The notes below the pieces were generated by a model. That model saw only the letters and a list, made by a program, of their open reading frames with translations. It did not search any database and was not told the DNA's origin. Below are positions 62,960 through 64,000 of a DNA stretch of 64,000 nt, in pieces. The translations under genes and the position numbers were made by a program. Origin of the DNA: Thermoanaerobaculia bacterium (GTDB taxonomy: Bacteria > Acidobacteriota > Thermoanaerobaculia > Multivoradales > Multivoraceae); the NCBI GenBank assembly GCA_963666565.1, contig OY762911.1, forward strand, positions 288,001 through 352,000, read 5' to 3'. Every line of letters starts with the position of its first letter. Position 1 is the stretch's first letter.

Positions 62960-63403
62960 TCAGAGTACCTTCGACATGACGACGGAGGTGCCGCCCTCGC
63001 CCGAGAGCACGTTCACCTCGTCCATCAGCCCCTCGATGATCTTCAACCCCCAGCCGCGCTTCCGGATCGACTTGAGATTCTCCTCGATGCTGGGCGGCAC
63101 GAGCTTCGCGCGGTCGAAGCCGACCCCCTGATCCTGAATCGTGATCCGGAGCACGCGCGGTTCCTCCGCCTCGGCGGAACCGAGTACCGCGAACTCGAGA
63201 TGGAGTTTGCCGTCTTCCGCGCGGCTGTGCTCGATCGCGTTGATGCACGCCTCGACCACCGCCATGCCCACTTCCTCGACCTTGTCGGTGCTCATCCGGA
63301 TGGACTTCGCCACCTCGCAGGCGCAGGCTCGCACCTCCAGTTCCATCTCAGGCGCGAGCCTGAACGTCAGGTGGGTTTCTTCGAGAACTCCGAGCTCGGA
63401 CAT
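62960..63403 (-). CDS. Anti-sigma factor Ser/Thr kinase (RsbW-like)
   Basis: EACINAIEH, DQGVGFD, GWGLKII. Confidence 0.9.
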   Translation of the reverse strand: MSELGVLEETHLTFRLAPEMELEVRACACEVAKSIRMSTDKVEEVGMAVVEACINAIEHSRAEDGKLHLEFAVLGSAEAEEPRVLRITIQDQGVGFDRAKLVPPSIEENLKSIRKRGWGLKIIEGLMDEVNVLSGEGGTSVVMSKVL

Positions 63404-63455
63404 CGGGGAAGAAGCCAACGCACCTGCAACGCGGATCCCGGTTCCGGCGCGAAAC

Positions 63456-63641
63456 CTAGGCCAGAAGGAACAGCTTGAGGCAGTAGATCACCGCGGGTTG
63501 GATCCGGTCGTTCAGGAGGAGCCATAGGAAACTGGCGACGACCGCGGAGGACCAGAACACGCCGGCGGAGAGACTCGCCGCCCACGAAACCGGCGCGGCG
63601 GCGCCCCCACGGTCCAAAAAACTGAACGGCGACCCTACCAT
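63456..63641 (-). CDS. Possible small hydrophobic protein
   Basis: GAGGAGG RBS before ATG; one or two hydrophobic stretches; no known motif. Confidence 0.3.
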   Translation of the reverse strand: MVGSPFSFLDRGGAAAPVSWAASLSAGVFWSSAVVASFLWLLLNDRIQPAVIYCLKLFLLA

Positions 63642-64000
63642 TATGTTCGACCTCCTCGCTCGTGCAGTCCGCCGAGGGAGTCGTGGCCGTCAACGGCGAC
63701 TCGCGTACCGCCGGCATCATGTTCGACCTCCCCGTTGGTGCCCCTCGTTAGAGAGCAAGTCCCCTGCCAACCGGCGGGATCGCGGGCCGATTCGCCGCAA
63801 ACACCATCTGCACGGGGGTTCTGGCGGTGAGCGGGCTTGCCGTTGCCGGATCGGGTGTCGGGTCAATTTGTCCCGTTAGAGTCGAGTCGCTTGCCTGGTG
63901 GACAGGTGGGCGGGACGTTGCGACTACTTCGGACGCCAGACGGGACAGAATGTCCGATATCGGGTCACTATGCCCCGCACTCAGCGGAGTCGACCGGCAG

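Overview
High-GC bacterial chromosome segment; gene content and a recurring Cys-rich C-terminal domain suggest Acidobacteriota/Thermoanaerobaculia, which is an inference. Most of the window is housekeeping: argF, purB, rlpA, serA, moaC, HU, rsmB-fmt-ftsK-rsmA, rho-engB-lon-clpX-clpP-tig, three tRNAs, thiS-rsfS-nadD-obgE-rpmA-rplU, a peptide ABC transporter, queA, larBE, gcvHT, an M16 peptidase pair, pcm and an Rsb partner-switching module. Three things stand out. (1) A REP/REPIN-like palindromic repeat family (core CTGGGTGCGCGGGTCTTCCGACCCGC) occurs at about 10 loci, several of them in frame inside proteins. (2) An intact IS110-family (IS1111-type) element sits exactly inside one of these repeats; its 3' non-coding region carries two guide segments that together spell the 14-nt repeat target, as expected of a bridge/seekRNA, and its circle junction would form a TTGCAC-N17-CATAAT promoter. 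(3) A ~10.5 kb accessory island (33.3-43.9 kb) encodes secreted metzincin proteases and a stand-alone protein that share an uncharacterised Cys-rich C-terminal domain, with duplication, truncation and an amber stop. Also seen: a multiplied rho/DUF362 gene junction, many apparently leaderless genes and a probable CTG start codon.
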